Source: an uncultured delta proteobacterium (GTDB lineage: Bacteria > Desulfobacterota > RBG-13-43-22). Taken from it: a stretch of 40,214 bases of DNA. Made by a program: the position numbers and the translations under genes. Where the stretch lies: assembly GCA_963802945.1 (NCBI GenBank), contig CAWDKY010000041.1:1-40214 (forward strand), read 5' to 3'. Below the pieces are notes generated by a model. It was given only the letters and a program-made list of their open reading frames with translations. It was not told the origin of the DNA and ran no database searches. Shown in pieces: positions 1-9,721 of the stretch (its first letter is position 1; every line of letters begins with the position of its first letter).

Positions 1-2
1 TT

Positions 3-446
3 AAACAACGCTGTTCATTGGCCTGTGCCCTGGTGCACGAACCGGAGCTTTTACTTTTGGATGAGCCGACAGCCGGGGTGGATCCTGTTCTCAAAGAGAC
101 CTTCTGGAAACACTTTCGTGATTTGAAGGATCAAGGGAAAACGATCATCATCACCACGCATCTCATGGATGAACCCCTGGTCTGTGATCGCCTCGGCATT
201 CTTCGAGAAGGGCGCCTGATTATTGAAGACACCCCAGGGCGCATCATGGCCAAAGGGAAAACTCTGGTGACCCTGGATGCCGAGGGCCAAATAATCTCCG
301 AAGCGGTAAGCAATTATTCCCATGAACTACCGGGATTGTTAAAACGCTATGGCCTTGATCCCGGTATCACCAGCATATCCATCCGGCAGGAGACCCTGGA
401 AGATATTTTTTTGAAACTCCTTAAAGAGGAAAGTGAAAATGGTTAA
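3..446 (+). CDS. ABC transporter ATP-binding protein (5'-partial)
   Basis: Walker B/D-loop LLLLDEPTAGVDP and H-loop IIITTH; the frame is open to the window edge. Confidence 0.92.
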   Translation, partial: KQRCSLACALVHEPELLLLDEPTAGVDPVLKETFWKHFRDLKDQGKTIIITTHLMDEPLVCDRLGILREGRLIIEDTPGRIMAKGKTLVTLDAEGQIISEAVSNYSHELPGLLKRYGLDPGITSISIRQETLEDIFLKLLKEESENG

Positions 447-1185
447 AAACACCATAGCCATCGCCGCCCGCATCGACAACCAGCTTATCGGAGACCGGCG
501 TTTTCTAGCTCTGGCCATTTTTCTGCCTTTGATTATTTTTTATCTTTTTAAGGTCTTTATCCGGACCTTGCCGATCGCACTCCTCACCAATCCCCAAGAA
601 CTTTATATCATGATCACGGCTTTTATCATTCATTTCACCTCTTATGTACTCTGCTTGCTCGTCATCGTGCGGGAGCGTCAGGATGAAACACTCATCCGGA
701 TGTTTGTAAACAACTTCAGCCGCACCGAGGTCGTTTTCGGCTATCTCCTCGGATACGCATCTTTGGCTACGGTTCAGGCCGTCCTCATCATGCTGGAGGT
801 GAATCTCTTATTCCAATTGTCCTACAGGCTGAGTTTGATGCTCTCTCTGTTTGTAGTTATGTGGACCTTATCGCTGATCTCCATCGCCCTGGGGATTATG
901 GTCTCAAACCTGGCCAAGACCGAAGCCCAGATCTTTCCTTTCATCCCGTTGTTTATTCTGACCACGATTTTCATCTCCGGGTTGATCCTGCCCCTTACGA
1001 GCATTCCCTGGAGTGTGCGTTGGTTGTCCTATTTGATCCCTTTCACCTATGCGCAAATGTTGATCAAATCCCTGATTGTCGGTGCAGAAGGACTCTTGAT
1101 CTATCTCGGCCGGTTCGGTGTCCTGATTCTCTATGGTCTTCTCCTCTTGTTTTTATCGAGCAAGACCTTGAAGCAAAGGGAATGA
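433..1185 (+). CDS. ABC-2 type transporter permease
   Basis: About 6 hydrophobic segments, RER motif, ISGLILP..SIP.W motif; overlaps the ATPase gene. Confidence 0.88.
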   Translation: MKMVKNTIAIAARIDNQLIGDRRFLALAIFLPLIIFYLFKVFIRTLPIALLTNPQELYIMITAFIIHFTSYVLCLLVIVRERQDETLIRMFVNNFSRTEVVFGYLLGYASLATVQAVLIMLEVNLLFQLSYRLSLMLSLFVVMWTLSLISIALGIMVSNLAKTEAQIFPFIPLFILTTIFISGLILPLTSIPWSVRWLSYLIPFTYAQMLIKSLIVGAEGLLIYLGRFGVLILYGLLLLFLSSKTLKQRE

Positions 1186-1363
1186 GTGCACGGGTAATAT
1201 AGATCAGGTCTCATCGACGACAACAAAAAGTTAAAGAAAATCGTCCAATATTTTAAATATATCAAGTTAAACAGAAACTGGATAATATGACGAAAGGTAT
1301 ATTATCCTGTTTGCCAAGTATAATGAATTTAAATAGTTACGTTTCGTTTTGTTTTCTATTGCA

Positions 1364-1392
1364 TTGACCATTCTGAAACTTACTGATATTAT
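1364..1392 (+). promoter_or_regulatory. sigma70-like cassette promoter (Pc-like)
   Basis: TTGACC (1364-1369)-N17-TATTAT (1387-1392), directly upstream of the attI-like site. Confidence 0.6.
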
Positions 1393-1422
1393 CCAGAAAA
1401 CTGTTTAATAACTTATTATGTG
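1389..1422 (+). mobile_element. attI-like site, copy 1 (variant, core A|TT)
   Basis: TTATCCAGAAAACTGTTTAATAACTTA|TTATGTG resembles TTATCCAGAAAAACTTTAGAATAACTTG|TT at 21433 and 25951; TTATGTG complements R'' CACATAAC at 2031. Confidence 0.65.
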
Positions 1423-1446
1423 TGAAGAATGAACAACAAGAGGGAC

Positions 1447-2044
1447 ATGAAACAATACCTGAGATTGACCGATATTATCGACTGGAACCATTCAGCCGTT
1501 CTTCAAATGGCCCATTCTTTGTCGGCGGAAACGCGGAGATATAGAAGAGACAGTGAGGCGTTGTTATTACTGGGTGAGAGACCAGATAAAGCACAGTTTT
1601 GACTATCAAATGTCTCCTGTTACTTGTTCCGCTTCGGAGGTCATTCTTGCTGGAACCGGCTATTGTTTTGCAAAGAGCCATCTATTGGCGGCTTTGCTAC
1701 GCGCTAATGATATTCCCGCTGGTTTTTGCTACCAACGGTTGAGCCGAGATGACAATGGACCTCCCTTTGTGCTCCATGGTCTTATTGCAGTTCATATGCC
1801 TCAGTATGGCTGGTACAGGATCGACCCGCGTGGAAACCGTCCGGGTGTGGACGCGCAATTCACACCCCCGGTTGAGCAAATCGCGTTTCAACCCAGGCTT
1901 CTGGGTGAGGTGGATCTACCAGAAATATGGCCCGACCCTTTACCTATAGTCGTTCAGGCACTTCGCTCATGTAAGACATGGGATGATTTATGGGAAAATT
2001 TGCCCGACATAGAGCTTTTAGCACGAATAGCACATAACGAATAG
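1447..2044 (+). CDS. Transglutaminase-like family protein (gene cassette; +1 frameshift near 1528)
   Basis: ATG 1447 gives MKQYLRLTDIIDWNH; the +1 frame continues with GYCFAKSHLLAALLRA, HG and GWYRIDPRG (Cys-His-Asp triad); the stop lies inside the attC. Confidence 0.82.
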
Positions 2045-2097
2045 CTCCACCGGAAGTGGCAAAACAGCGTGCCACGCCGGGAAGCATGTTGTTATGC
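2031..2097 (+). mobile_element. attC site
   Basis: R'' CACATAAC ... R' GTTATGC, inner stems CCGG/CCGG and GTGGCA/TGCCAC, at the 3' end of the ORF. Confidence 0.85.
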
Positions 2098-2487
2098 ACG
2101 TGAACAAGACCAAATCAGTTGAAACGGGGACGGTCCACGAAAACTTTTTGATCTTGAAAAAGAAAATATCATCCTGAATCCTGCGTAAAAACAATAGCCA
2201 AAGAATCTATTTAAGAAGAAATTTAGCCTATAAATAAAGTTTAAAGACGAATTTGTTGTTTTTAAATACCTTCTTTTTTAATGTAATGTTAACCTCCTTT
2301 TTAATTGGGCTAATATTATGTCATGAAACACAGTCCGAAAAATTTACAAATTTCATTTTTCGGCAAAATCTTAACACATTTTGGTGGATTATTTTTACTA
2401 AACAAGGATGACCTCTTGAAACGATCGCTTAAACGACATAGTAATAGGAAAGGCCACTTTTCCAAAAAGTAAGGAACTGTCAGAAGT

Positions 2488-2964
2488 ATGAATGTTCAAA
2501 TCAGAAAGGCTACGAATCAAGACGTCCCGGCCATTGCCGAATTATTGAGGTCATTGGAGCTGTTTGATCATATTCAGGCCCAAACACCGGAAGCCGTTCG
2601 AGAGCAGGTTTCCCTCAATCTTGGTATATGTAATACCGACAACGGTCATTCCGTGTACGTGGCCCTGGCCGACGGAGAGATAGTCGGTTATTGTGCCGTG
2701 CATTGGCTGCCCTATCTGCTGCTCCCAGGTCCGGAAGGCTACGTATCGGAACTTTTTTTACGGGAATCATCGCGAGGCTTGGGTATAGGCGGTCAATTGC
2801 TGAAAACAGCCAAGGCCGAAGCCAAAGAACGAGGCTGTTCAAGAATGATGCTGCTCAATCTGCGTAACCGTGAATCTTATAGGCGCCAGTTTTACGAAAA
2901 ACAAGGTTGGGAGGAAAGGCCGGAAGCCATAAATTTCCTTCTAAGAATTGAGGAAGGCTCATGA
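2488..2964 (+). CDS. GNAT family N-acetyltransferase
   Basis: ELFLRESSRGLGIGGQLL acetyl-CoA motif A and FYEKQGW. Confidence 0.9.
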   Translation: MNVQIRKATNQDVPAIAELLRSLELFDHIQAQTPEAVREQVSLNLGICNTDNGHSVYVALADGEIVGYCAVHWLPYLLLPGPEGYVSELFLRESSRGLGIGGQLLKTAKAEAKERGCSRMMLLNLRNRESYRRQFYEKQGWEERPEAINFLLRIEEGS

Positions 2965-4160
2965 GCACCAAGAAGACGATCGAGATTGAAGATCAATGCT
3001 CACCGCCGTTTTTCAGCAAGATACCTGTTTCCATAGAACGCGGTGAAGGAGTTTATTGTTGGGATGAAGAAGGAAACCAGTTTCTGGACTTCACCGCCGG
3101 TTGGGGTGTCACCTGTCTGGGGCACGCTTCTCCGGTCATTAGCAATGCCCTTCTGGAACAAAGCCGGAAGATTATCCAGAACCCGAATTCCGGTTTGACC
3201 TACTCTCCCATACGGGCCAGGCTTCTTTCTCTAATGCGCGAGATATTACCCTCTAACCTGACCCGGGTCTTCTTTTCCAATAGCGGTGCTGAAGCCAATG
3301 ATGCGGCCATTAAACTGGCCCGCAAAGTTACCGGGAGAATGGATGTGATATCCACCCATCAGAGCTTCCATGGGCGGACGATCAGCACAGCCTCGGCCAC
3401 CGGGCAGGCCAAACACCGGGAGAAATTCAATCCCTTGATGCCTAACTATCGTTTTATCCCTTATAACGACCTTGACGCCTTGGAACGAAGTCTCGACAGC
3501 TCTGTTGCGGCAGTAATCCTGGAGCCTGTTCAAGGCGAAGGAGGGGTCCAGATTCCTGCGGATGATTATCTCGAACAAGTCAGTCAATTGTGCAAAACCA
3601 ATAGCAGCCTGCTCATCATTGACGAGGTTCAAACCGGATTCTGCCGTTGCGGCCCCATGTTTGCCGTCAGCCGCTCATGTGCTGAAGTGGACTTTTTGAC
3701 CATGGCCAAAGGCATTGCCGGCGGTTTCCCTTTTGGCGCCTTTGCTATGTCGGAAGCGGTTTCCGCCCGGCTTGAATCCGGAGATCACGGCGGCACTTAT
3801 TGCGGCAATCCACTCGGCTGTGCCGTGGCCTATGCGGTGATCCAACATCTGCTCGACCAGCAGATATCCGCCAATGTCCAGGAAATGGGTGATCTTGCCC
3901 TTCGGCATATGAAGGAATGGAAACAAAATTTTCCGAAAATAGTTACGGATGTTCGCGGCCTGGGCTTGCTTCTGGCTGTTGAGTTCTGTAATGAAGAAAC
4001 AGCCGCTCAGATCACCAACGAATGTCTGGTCCGAGGCCTGTTTGTCAGGCAGACCCAGGGAAACATGATCCGGATCTTCCCGGCCTTGAACATCAAACGT
4101 AGAGAGATGGAAGAAGGTCTGACTATATTTAAGGAAGCCATAGGAAACTATAAAAAATAA
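2961..4160 (+). CDS. argD: Acetylornithine/succinylornithine aminotransferase family (class III PLP)
   Basis: FSNSGAEAN, SFHGRT, EPVQGEGG, DEVQTG, PLP lysine in TMAKGIAGG, HGGTYCGNPL; exact substrate uncertain. Confidence 0.75.
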   Translation: MSTKKTIEIEDQCSPPFFSKIPVSIERGEGVYCWDEEGNQFLDFTAGWGVTCLGHASPVISNALLEQSRKIIQNPNSGLTYSPIRARLLSLMREILPSNLTRVFFSNSGAEANDAAIKLARKVTGRMDVISTHQSFHGRTISTASATGQAKHREKFNPLMPNYRFIPYNDLDALERSLDSSVAAVILEPVQGEGGVQIPADDYLEQVSQLCKTNSSLLIIDEVQTGFCRCGPMFAVSRSCAEVDFLTMAKGIAGGFPFGAFAMSEAVSARLESGDHGGTYCGNPLGCAVAYAVIQHLLDQQISANVQEMGDLALRHMKEWKQNFPKIVTDVRGLGLLLAVEFCNEETAAQITNECLVRGLFVRQTQGNMIRIFPALNIKRREMEEGLTIFKEAIGNYKK

Positions 4161-4210
4161 ATTCTTTGCTATTTAATGGTTAGAGTCTCGAAACAGAAAA
4201 AATAAAGTTA

Positions 4211-4383
4211 CTGGATTCCGGGTCAAGAGACTGTGTCGCAATTATATTTTTGTCATTCCGTGAAAGCGAAGCGCGACACGGAATCCAGTATTTTCATTAA
4301 GTTCTGGATGCCGGCTTTCGCCGGCATGACGGCTTTGATGGCGCTGTCCGCTATTACGACACAGTCTCCAAGCCCGGAATGAC
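4211..4383. repeat. Palindromic GTCATTCC/GGAATGAC-type repeat interrupted by a MITE
   Basis: CTGGATTCCGGGT-CAA-[insert]-CAA-GCCCGGAATGAC. Confidence 0.8.
4227..4368. mobile_element. 142-bp MITE, copy 1
   Basis: Terminal inverted repeats GAGACTGTGTCGCAAT / ATTACGACACAGTCTC, 3-bp duplication CAA, near-identical copy at 19063-19204. Confidence 0.85.
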
Positions 4384-4397
4384 GAAAGGAAACTATT

Positions 4398-4829
4398 ATG
4401 AATTTTCAGGACTGTATCAAATTTGCCAATGAGCACCGTGTCTGTAATGTCGCCACAACGGAGAAGAATCAACCTCATGTCAGGGTACTCGGCATGTGGT
4501 TCGCTGATGACAAGGGCTTTTATTTCCAGACGGAGTCTGCAAAAGCCGTCTACAAACAATTAAAAAGCAATAATCATATCGGACTTTGCTTTTATGCACC
4601 GGGTCCAAACCTGGGGACCATAATGAGGGTGACCGGCCAGGTTGAATTTCTCGATGATCTTGATCTTAAGACCAAGGTCCTGGCGGATAGACCTTTTCTA
4701 AAAGGATTGGGCGTTAAAGGGCCGGAAGACCCTTTGCTGGTTGTCTTTCGAGTGTCTTCCGGGGAAGCCTTCTTCTGGACCATGGCCGACAATATGAAGG
4801 AAGCGGAGATAGAAAGAATAAAATTCTAA
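4398..4829 (+). CDS. Pyridoxamine 5'-phosphate oxidase-like FMN-binding protein
   Basis: VATTEKNQPHVR, GFYFQT..K.VYKQLK.N..., RVTG pattern; RBS AAGGA. Confidence 0.85.
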   Translation: MNFQDCIKFANEHRVCNVATTEKNQPHVRVLGMWFADDKGFYFQTESAKAVYKQLKSNNHIGLCFYAPGPNLGTIMRVTGQVEFLDDLDLKTKVLADRPFLKGLGVKGPEDPLLVVFRVSSGEAFFWTMADNMKEAEIERIKF

Positions 4830-4831
4830 TT

Positions 4832-4990
4832 GACGGCACAGGAAAAAGTCCATCTCCTGTGTTGCGCTGCACCCTTCCCCGCTTTTCAGCGGGGCAGGCT
4901 TATTGCGGCGTACTTTCATGTACGCCTCATTCCTCAGGACTTGCGCGCCTAGTCCCGCCTTAGGCGGGAGAGCTTTTTTACTGTGCCGTC
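4832..4990. repeat. MITE-like intergenic repeat with terminal inverted repeats
   Basis: GACGGCACAGGAAAAAG ... CTTTTTTACTGTGCCGTC, with internal hairpins GGCGTAC/GTACGCC, CCCCGC/GCGGGG and TCCCGCC/GGCGGGA; lies between convergent genes. Confidence 0.7.
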
Positions 4991-5047
4991 CCTTTTAAAG
5001 GTTTATTACGAGATCAGTATGTCTCTTAAACCGTCCTGAACAAGGCT

Positions 5048-5779
5048 TTATTTCTCTGCCCCGGAAGGATGAACCATGGGGACGAATCGAACCGGCAAAA
5101 GTGTCTCCTTTTTATAGCCGGAGTTGGTTTTGGTAAGGAGATAAAGGTCCTGAAAGAAGCTGCCTATTGGAATGACCATCCTTCCGCCTGTCTTCAGTTG
5201 TTTGACCAATTCTCCCGGTATTTCGGAGGGGGCGGCGGTGACGATGATAGCATCAAAAGGGGCGTATTCTTTCCAGCCCTGATAACCGTCTCCCCATTTT
5301 ACTTTTAGATTCTTATACCCTAATTCTTTCAGAAGCCGGCCTGCACTTTCGGCCAGGGGCTGTAAAATCTCTATGGTATAAACCTCCTTGGCCATCTCAG
5401 CCAACACAGCCGCCTGGTATCCGGAACCTGTGCCTATCTCCAGTACCCGGTCGTTGGGACCAACCTTTGCAGCCTCCGTCATGTAAGCGACAATATAGGG
5501 TTGTGAGATGGTCTGAGCGTGCCCTATGGGCAGCGGCCGGTCGTCATAAGCGGCGTTTTGCAAATAGGCCGGAACGAACAGATGACGCTTGACTTTTCTC
5601 ATCGCCTCTAACACACGCTTATCGGTTATACCCCGGTTCTCGATCTGCTCCTTGACCATCTTCTGCCGGTCTAAGGTGAATGTATCCTCCACTGATGCTG
5701 CCCATGAGCTGCTTAAGGTAATGGTCATTAAGACGAAAAAAAATATTTTCCTTACGAGACTATTCCTTTTGATAACCAT
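5048..5779 (-). CDS. pcm: Protein-L-isoaspartate O-methyltransferase with N-terminal signal-like sequence
   Basis: QTISQPYIVAYM, VLEIGTGSGYQAAVLA, GDGYQGW, APFDAIIVTAA, VRFVPM. Confidence 0.93.
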   Translation of the reverse strand: MVIKRNSLVRKIFFFVLMTITLSSSWAASVEDTFTLDRQKMVKEQIENRGITDKRVLEAMRKVKRHLFVPAYLQNAAYDDRPLPIGHAQTISQPYIVAYMTEAAKVGPNDRVLEIGTGSGYQAAVLAEMAKEVYTIEILQPLAESAGRLLKELGYKNLKVKWGDGYQGWKEYAPFDAIIVTAAPSEIPGELVKQLKTGGRMVIPIGSFFQDLYLLTKTNSGYKKETLLPVRFVPMVHPSGAEK

Positions 5780-5790
5780 TTTTCTTTAGC

Positions 5791-7395
5791 TCATTCCAGG
5801 ATTGCTCCTTTGGCTGCGGAGCTGACATATTTGATATACCGCTGCATAAAACCTGGGGGCACGTCTTTTTTTATAGGTTTAAATCCCCGAAGGCGTCGCC
5901 TGATTTCTTCATCGGAAAGTCTCACCTCGATTTTTCGATTAGGGATGTCGATTTCTATCTGGTCCCCGTTTTGCAGTGCAGCAATGGGCCCTCCCACATA
6001 AGCCTCCGGTGAGATATGCCCCACACACGGCCCCGAAGTGGCGCCGGAAAAACGTCCGTCGGTAATCAGGGCCACTTGCTTCAATCCTGAGGTTATAATA
6101 GCCATGGTAACCGCCAACGTTTCCGGCATACCCGGTCCCCCTTTGGGTCCCTCATAGCGAATGACGATCACGTCTCCTTCTTTGATTTCTTTCTCACGAA
6201 AGGCCTTCAGGGCATCGGCCTCTGAGTCCATCACCCGCGCCTGACCGGTAAATTGTCCGCATCTCCGGATCCACGGCCGATTGCTTGATCACGGCACCAT
6301 CCGGGGCCAAGTTTCCAAAAAGAATCACCGTGCCGCCTTCGGGCAGAAAGGGTTTGTCCCTGGGGGGAATAATGGTTTCATCCATGACCTGTGACGGTCT
6401 TTACCACTTCTTTAAACGTTTGCCCGGTGACCGTCATAGCCTCCAGGTGAAGATCGTCAGCCATTACCTTCATAACGGCCGGGATCCCTCCGGCTGCATA
6501 AAGATCCAGGATTTCATGGGGCCCGCTGGGGGTGATGGACAAAAGCGTAGGGATTTTTCGATTGAGTTCGTTGAATCTGGACAGGGGCAGGGTCAGACCC
6601 AGTTCGTGGGCAATGGCCGGCAAATGAAGGGTCGAATTGGTCGAACCGCCTATGGCCAGGTCCATGATGACTGCATTCTCGATGGCCTTGGCAGTCAGGA
6701 TCTTCCTGGCCGAAAGCCCTTCTTCGACCATCTGAACAATCCGTTTTGCCGGACTGACGGGCAAAAAGCAACTTGTCGGTATGAAAGCCGGGGACATTGG
6801 CTGAACCGGGGATCGTCAATCCCAAGACTTCGGCCATACATTGAAAGGTGTTGGCCGTTCCCATCAGATCACAGGCCCCGCAGGAGGCTATATTTCCACT
6901 GCCAGGTCGTTTAGGTCCGATCAGCCGTCTCTGCCAGATGCTGGGTCCGCCGGTCAAAAAGATGGTGGGGAGGTCCAGCCGGGCGGCGGCCATGATCATC
7001 CCCGGGATGATCTTATCGCAACTGGCGATCATGACCATCCCGTCAAAAAGCATACTGCGGACATGAGTCTCGACTATATCGGCGATCAGCTCCCGCTGGG
7101 GCAAAATATATCGCATACCTTCATGACCTTCCGTCATCCCATCACAGGGGGCCGGGACATTGAACTCAAAAGGAATGCCGCCGGCAGCATGGACCCCGTT
7201 CTTGACTTTTTCGGCCAGGAGGCCAAGGTGCATGTGTCCGGGGTGCAGCTCCGTATGGGAATTGACCACGGCAATTAAGGGCTTTTCTCTGAGCTCTTCG
7301 ATGTCGGTCCCTGTGCCCCTGACCATGGTTTGTCGAATACGATTGATCGGAAAATCCTTATCATCCAGCAGCGGCATACTCTTCGGTTTTTTCAT
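5791..7395 (-). CDS. ilvD: Dihydroxy-acid dehydratase (IlvD/Edd family), split by three +1 frameshifts (about 6745, 6392, 6256)
   Basis: [60 protein letters not shown] spread over four ORF pieces; RBS AAGGAGG before ATG 7395. Confidence 0.85.
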
Positions 7396-7572
7396 GGCCA
7401 ATCCTCCTTAAGACCTTTTTTATCGTTCGGAGAACGATTATAAATAATTCTTTGTCTTGTTGAATCTAACTGTAAAAACATTTTTCAACTTATAAACGGG
7501 AGTGTTATTCGGTCGTCCCTTAAAACCCCAAAGGCTGAGCGAGTAAATTATTAATCTTTGAATAGGGAAGAT

Positions 7573-8184
7573 TTAGGCCGACTCAAACAGCATCGCCCTG
7601 CTCAGGGCAATTTGAGGTCTTTCCTTCTTGCGCAGGCCGGCCTTGATGGCCTCATCAATGGTCTTTTCGAAGGCACGTTCGGTTACGTGCATCTTGGGCT
7701 CAACCAGCAAGTATTGTCCTTGCGCTTTCATTAAATTTTTTATGTCCCATAGGAATTTCCCTTGATCCGGAACTTCATGCACCATCCAGAAAGTCAGGAC
7801 AAAGTCCGCCTTCTCATCAATGACTAAATTCTCCGAGGTACTCAGAACCGTACGAAGCTGTGAAAAGACGCCGGCCTTTTCCGCCCGTTTTTTTACTCTG
7901 TTCAGCATTTGCTCCTGGATATCCACAGCAATGACCTTCCCGCTTTTACCCACAAGTCTGCACAGGGGGATAGTAAAATAACCCATACCCGGCCCGATAT
8001 CAATGACCGTGAATCCGTCCTGGACATAGGGACTAAGGAGCTGTGTCGGATTATGGAATATTTTACGAATCGGGTTGTCAAAGGTAAAACAGCACCACCA
8101 AGGACAAACGTGTTTGTATCTGGCGAAAATAATATCAAATGGATTTTTCACATTAACTCTCCTACTAGAATTTAACGACTTCAC
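7573..8184 (-). CDS. Class I SAM-dependent methyltransferase
   Basis: HVCPWW N-terminus, DIGPGMGYF motif I, VDIQEQML, FWMVHEVPD; start uncertain. Confidence 0.85.
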   Translation of the reverse strand: MKSLNSSRRVNVKNPFDIIFARYKHVCPWWCCFTFDNPIRKIFHNPTQLLSPYVQDGFTVIDIGPGMGYFTIPLCRLVGKSGKVIAVDIQEQMLNRVKKRAEKAGVFSQLRTVLSTSENLVIDEKADFVLTFWMVHEVPDQGKFLWDIKNLMKAQGQYLLVEPKMHVTERAFEKTIDEAIKAGLRKKERPQIALSRAMLFESA

Positions 8185-8247
8185 CTACTACTCTTCTAAA
8201 GCAATCGTTCCGAAAAGTAACGATTACTATTTGAAATGTTTTTGAAA

Positions 8248-9630
8248 CTATGGCTCACAACAGACCATGTCCTTCCCGTTCTTTTTCGCCTGGTACATGA
8301 GCTGATCAACCCGGTGAACGAAGACCTTCATTTCTTCCTGATGCTTGTATTGCGCAATTCCGATGCTCACCATCACATGGATGTCTTGACCCGGCGCCGG
8401 GGAGAAAGTCTCCTTCTTGAACTCCGTCCGGATTCTTTCCGCTGTAACAGCGCCGTCCGCGCTTGTTGTCATGGGCAGGAGGATGGTGAATTCTTCGCCA
8501 CCATAACGATAAGCGAAATCCGTCTCGCGCAGGCATCTTTTGAGCACCTGGCCGATTCGCATCAAGACCTGATCTCCCTCAACATGGCCGTAAGCGTCGT
8601 TGAATGCCTTGAAATTATCGAGATCAAGCATAAGGAGGGTTAAAGGCAGTTCATAGCGGTTCGACCGGTCTAATTCGATTTTAAGTTGAAAGTAAAAATG
8701 CCGGGAATTGTAAAGCTGGGTGAGGTCATCGACAATACTGAGTTCGCGATATTTTTTTTCGCTTTCCATCAGCAAGGCCTCCACCTCTTTTTGCTTGCTG
8801 ATGTCGATGAGCGTCCCGCTAGCGCCGACAAATATGCCGTTTTCTATTCGGGGTTTTGTGCTGGTCCGCACCCATCTAAAATTACCGGCTTTGTCTTTGA
8901 ACCTGTAGCTCAATGGCTTTTCTACACCGTCGCTGAGTTCCACAAATCGCTGCAGTAAAAGGTCCCGATCATCCGGATGGACAAGTTCAATGAAGTTCTT
9001 CCCAATGACATCTTCCCGATTGTATCCCCAGATATCCTTTCCAGGCTGACTAAAATAGAGTACCACTCCCCGATGATCAACATCGAAGATGACATCGCTG
9101 ATATTTTCCACCAGATTCCGGTATTTCTCCTCACTTGCCTTGAGAGCCTCCTCTGTTTGCTTGCGCTCGGTGATGTCTTTCAGAAAATTCAAAGAAGCAG
9201 CTTTCCCCTTCCAGTGGACAAAAACTGCCTTAGCCTCAACCCACCTGACAACTCCATCCTGCCTAACAACCCTGAAAGAATAAAATGGGGGGACTTCTTC
9301 ACCACTCATTCTTTTGATATGACGCTCTATTACCAATTCACGGTCATCCGGATAGATGAACTCAATAGAAGGCTTTGAGGTTAATACTTCCAGAGGATAT
9401 CCAAGTATTTTAACGCCACCAGGATTGATAAATTTTAGTCTTCCCTCTTGTTCAATAGAAATCGATTCTGTCGCATTTTCAACAACAAGACGATATTCCT
9501 CTTCACTTTCCTTGAGTGCCTCTTCCGCAAATCGGGACTTAGACTCTGCTTCTTCCAAATGGGTTGCTTGCCGACGAAGTGCTTTTAACTCCTTGATCAG
9601 TTCCGCTTTAGTTTTATGGTTATCATTCAT
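8248..9630 (-). CDS. PAS-PAS diguanylate cyclase (GGEEF)
   Basis: Two PAS/PAC domains, DLDNFKAFNDAYGH.EGD, RETD I-site, RYGGEEF. Confidence 0.93.
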   Translation of the reverse strand: MNDNHKTKAELIKELKALRRQATHLEEAESKSRFAEEALKESEEEYRLVVENATESISIEQEGRLKFINPGGVKILGYPLEVLTSKPSIEFIYPDDRELVIERHIKRMSGEEVPPFYSFRVVRQDGVVRWVEAKAVFVHWKGKAASLNFLKDITERKQTEEALKASEEKYRNLVENISDVIFDVDHRGVVLYFSQPGKDIWGYNREDVIGKNFIELVHPDDRDLLLQRFVELSDGVEKPLSYRFKDKAGNFRWVRTSTKPRIENGIFVGASGTLIDISKQKEVEALLMESEKKYRELSIVDDLTQLYNSRHFYFQLKIELDRSNRYELPLTLLMLDLDNFKAFNDAYGHVEGDQVLMRIGQVLKRCLRETDFAYRYGGEEFTILLPMTTSADGAVTAERIRTEFKKETFSPAPGQDIHVMVSIGIAQYKHQEEMKVFVHRVDQLMYQAKKNGKDMVCCEP

Positions 9631-9659
9631 CTTGTAAATTTCCAGGCGATGAATTTAAT

Positions 9660-9696
9660 AATAAAAACCCCACCTCTCTTTTAAGAAACGGGGGTT
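9660..9696 (-). terminator. Intrinsic terminator-like hairpin, repeat copy A
   Basis: Minus strand AACCCCCGTTTCTTAAAAGAGAGGTGGGGTTTTTATT, about 30 nt upstream of the GGDEF ATG and just downstream of the HD-GYP stop. Confidence 0.65.
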
Positions 9697-9721
9697 ATTA
9701 TTCCATCGACACACCTTATTT

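Noticed and set aside
1186-1360. Integrase remnant divergent from attI copy 1 (also checked upstream of 19414 and 25821)
   Set aside because: No ORF fragment with tyrosine-recombinase motifs could be recognised.
6194-7401. Programmed frameshifting or a split multi-gene ilvD
   Set aside because: The shift sites share no slippery motif, and the same +1 pattern occurs in unrelated genes; sequencing error is simpler.
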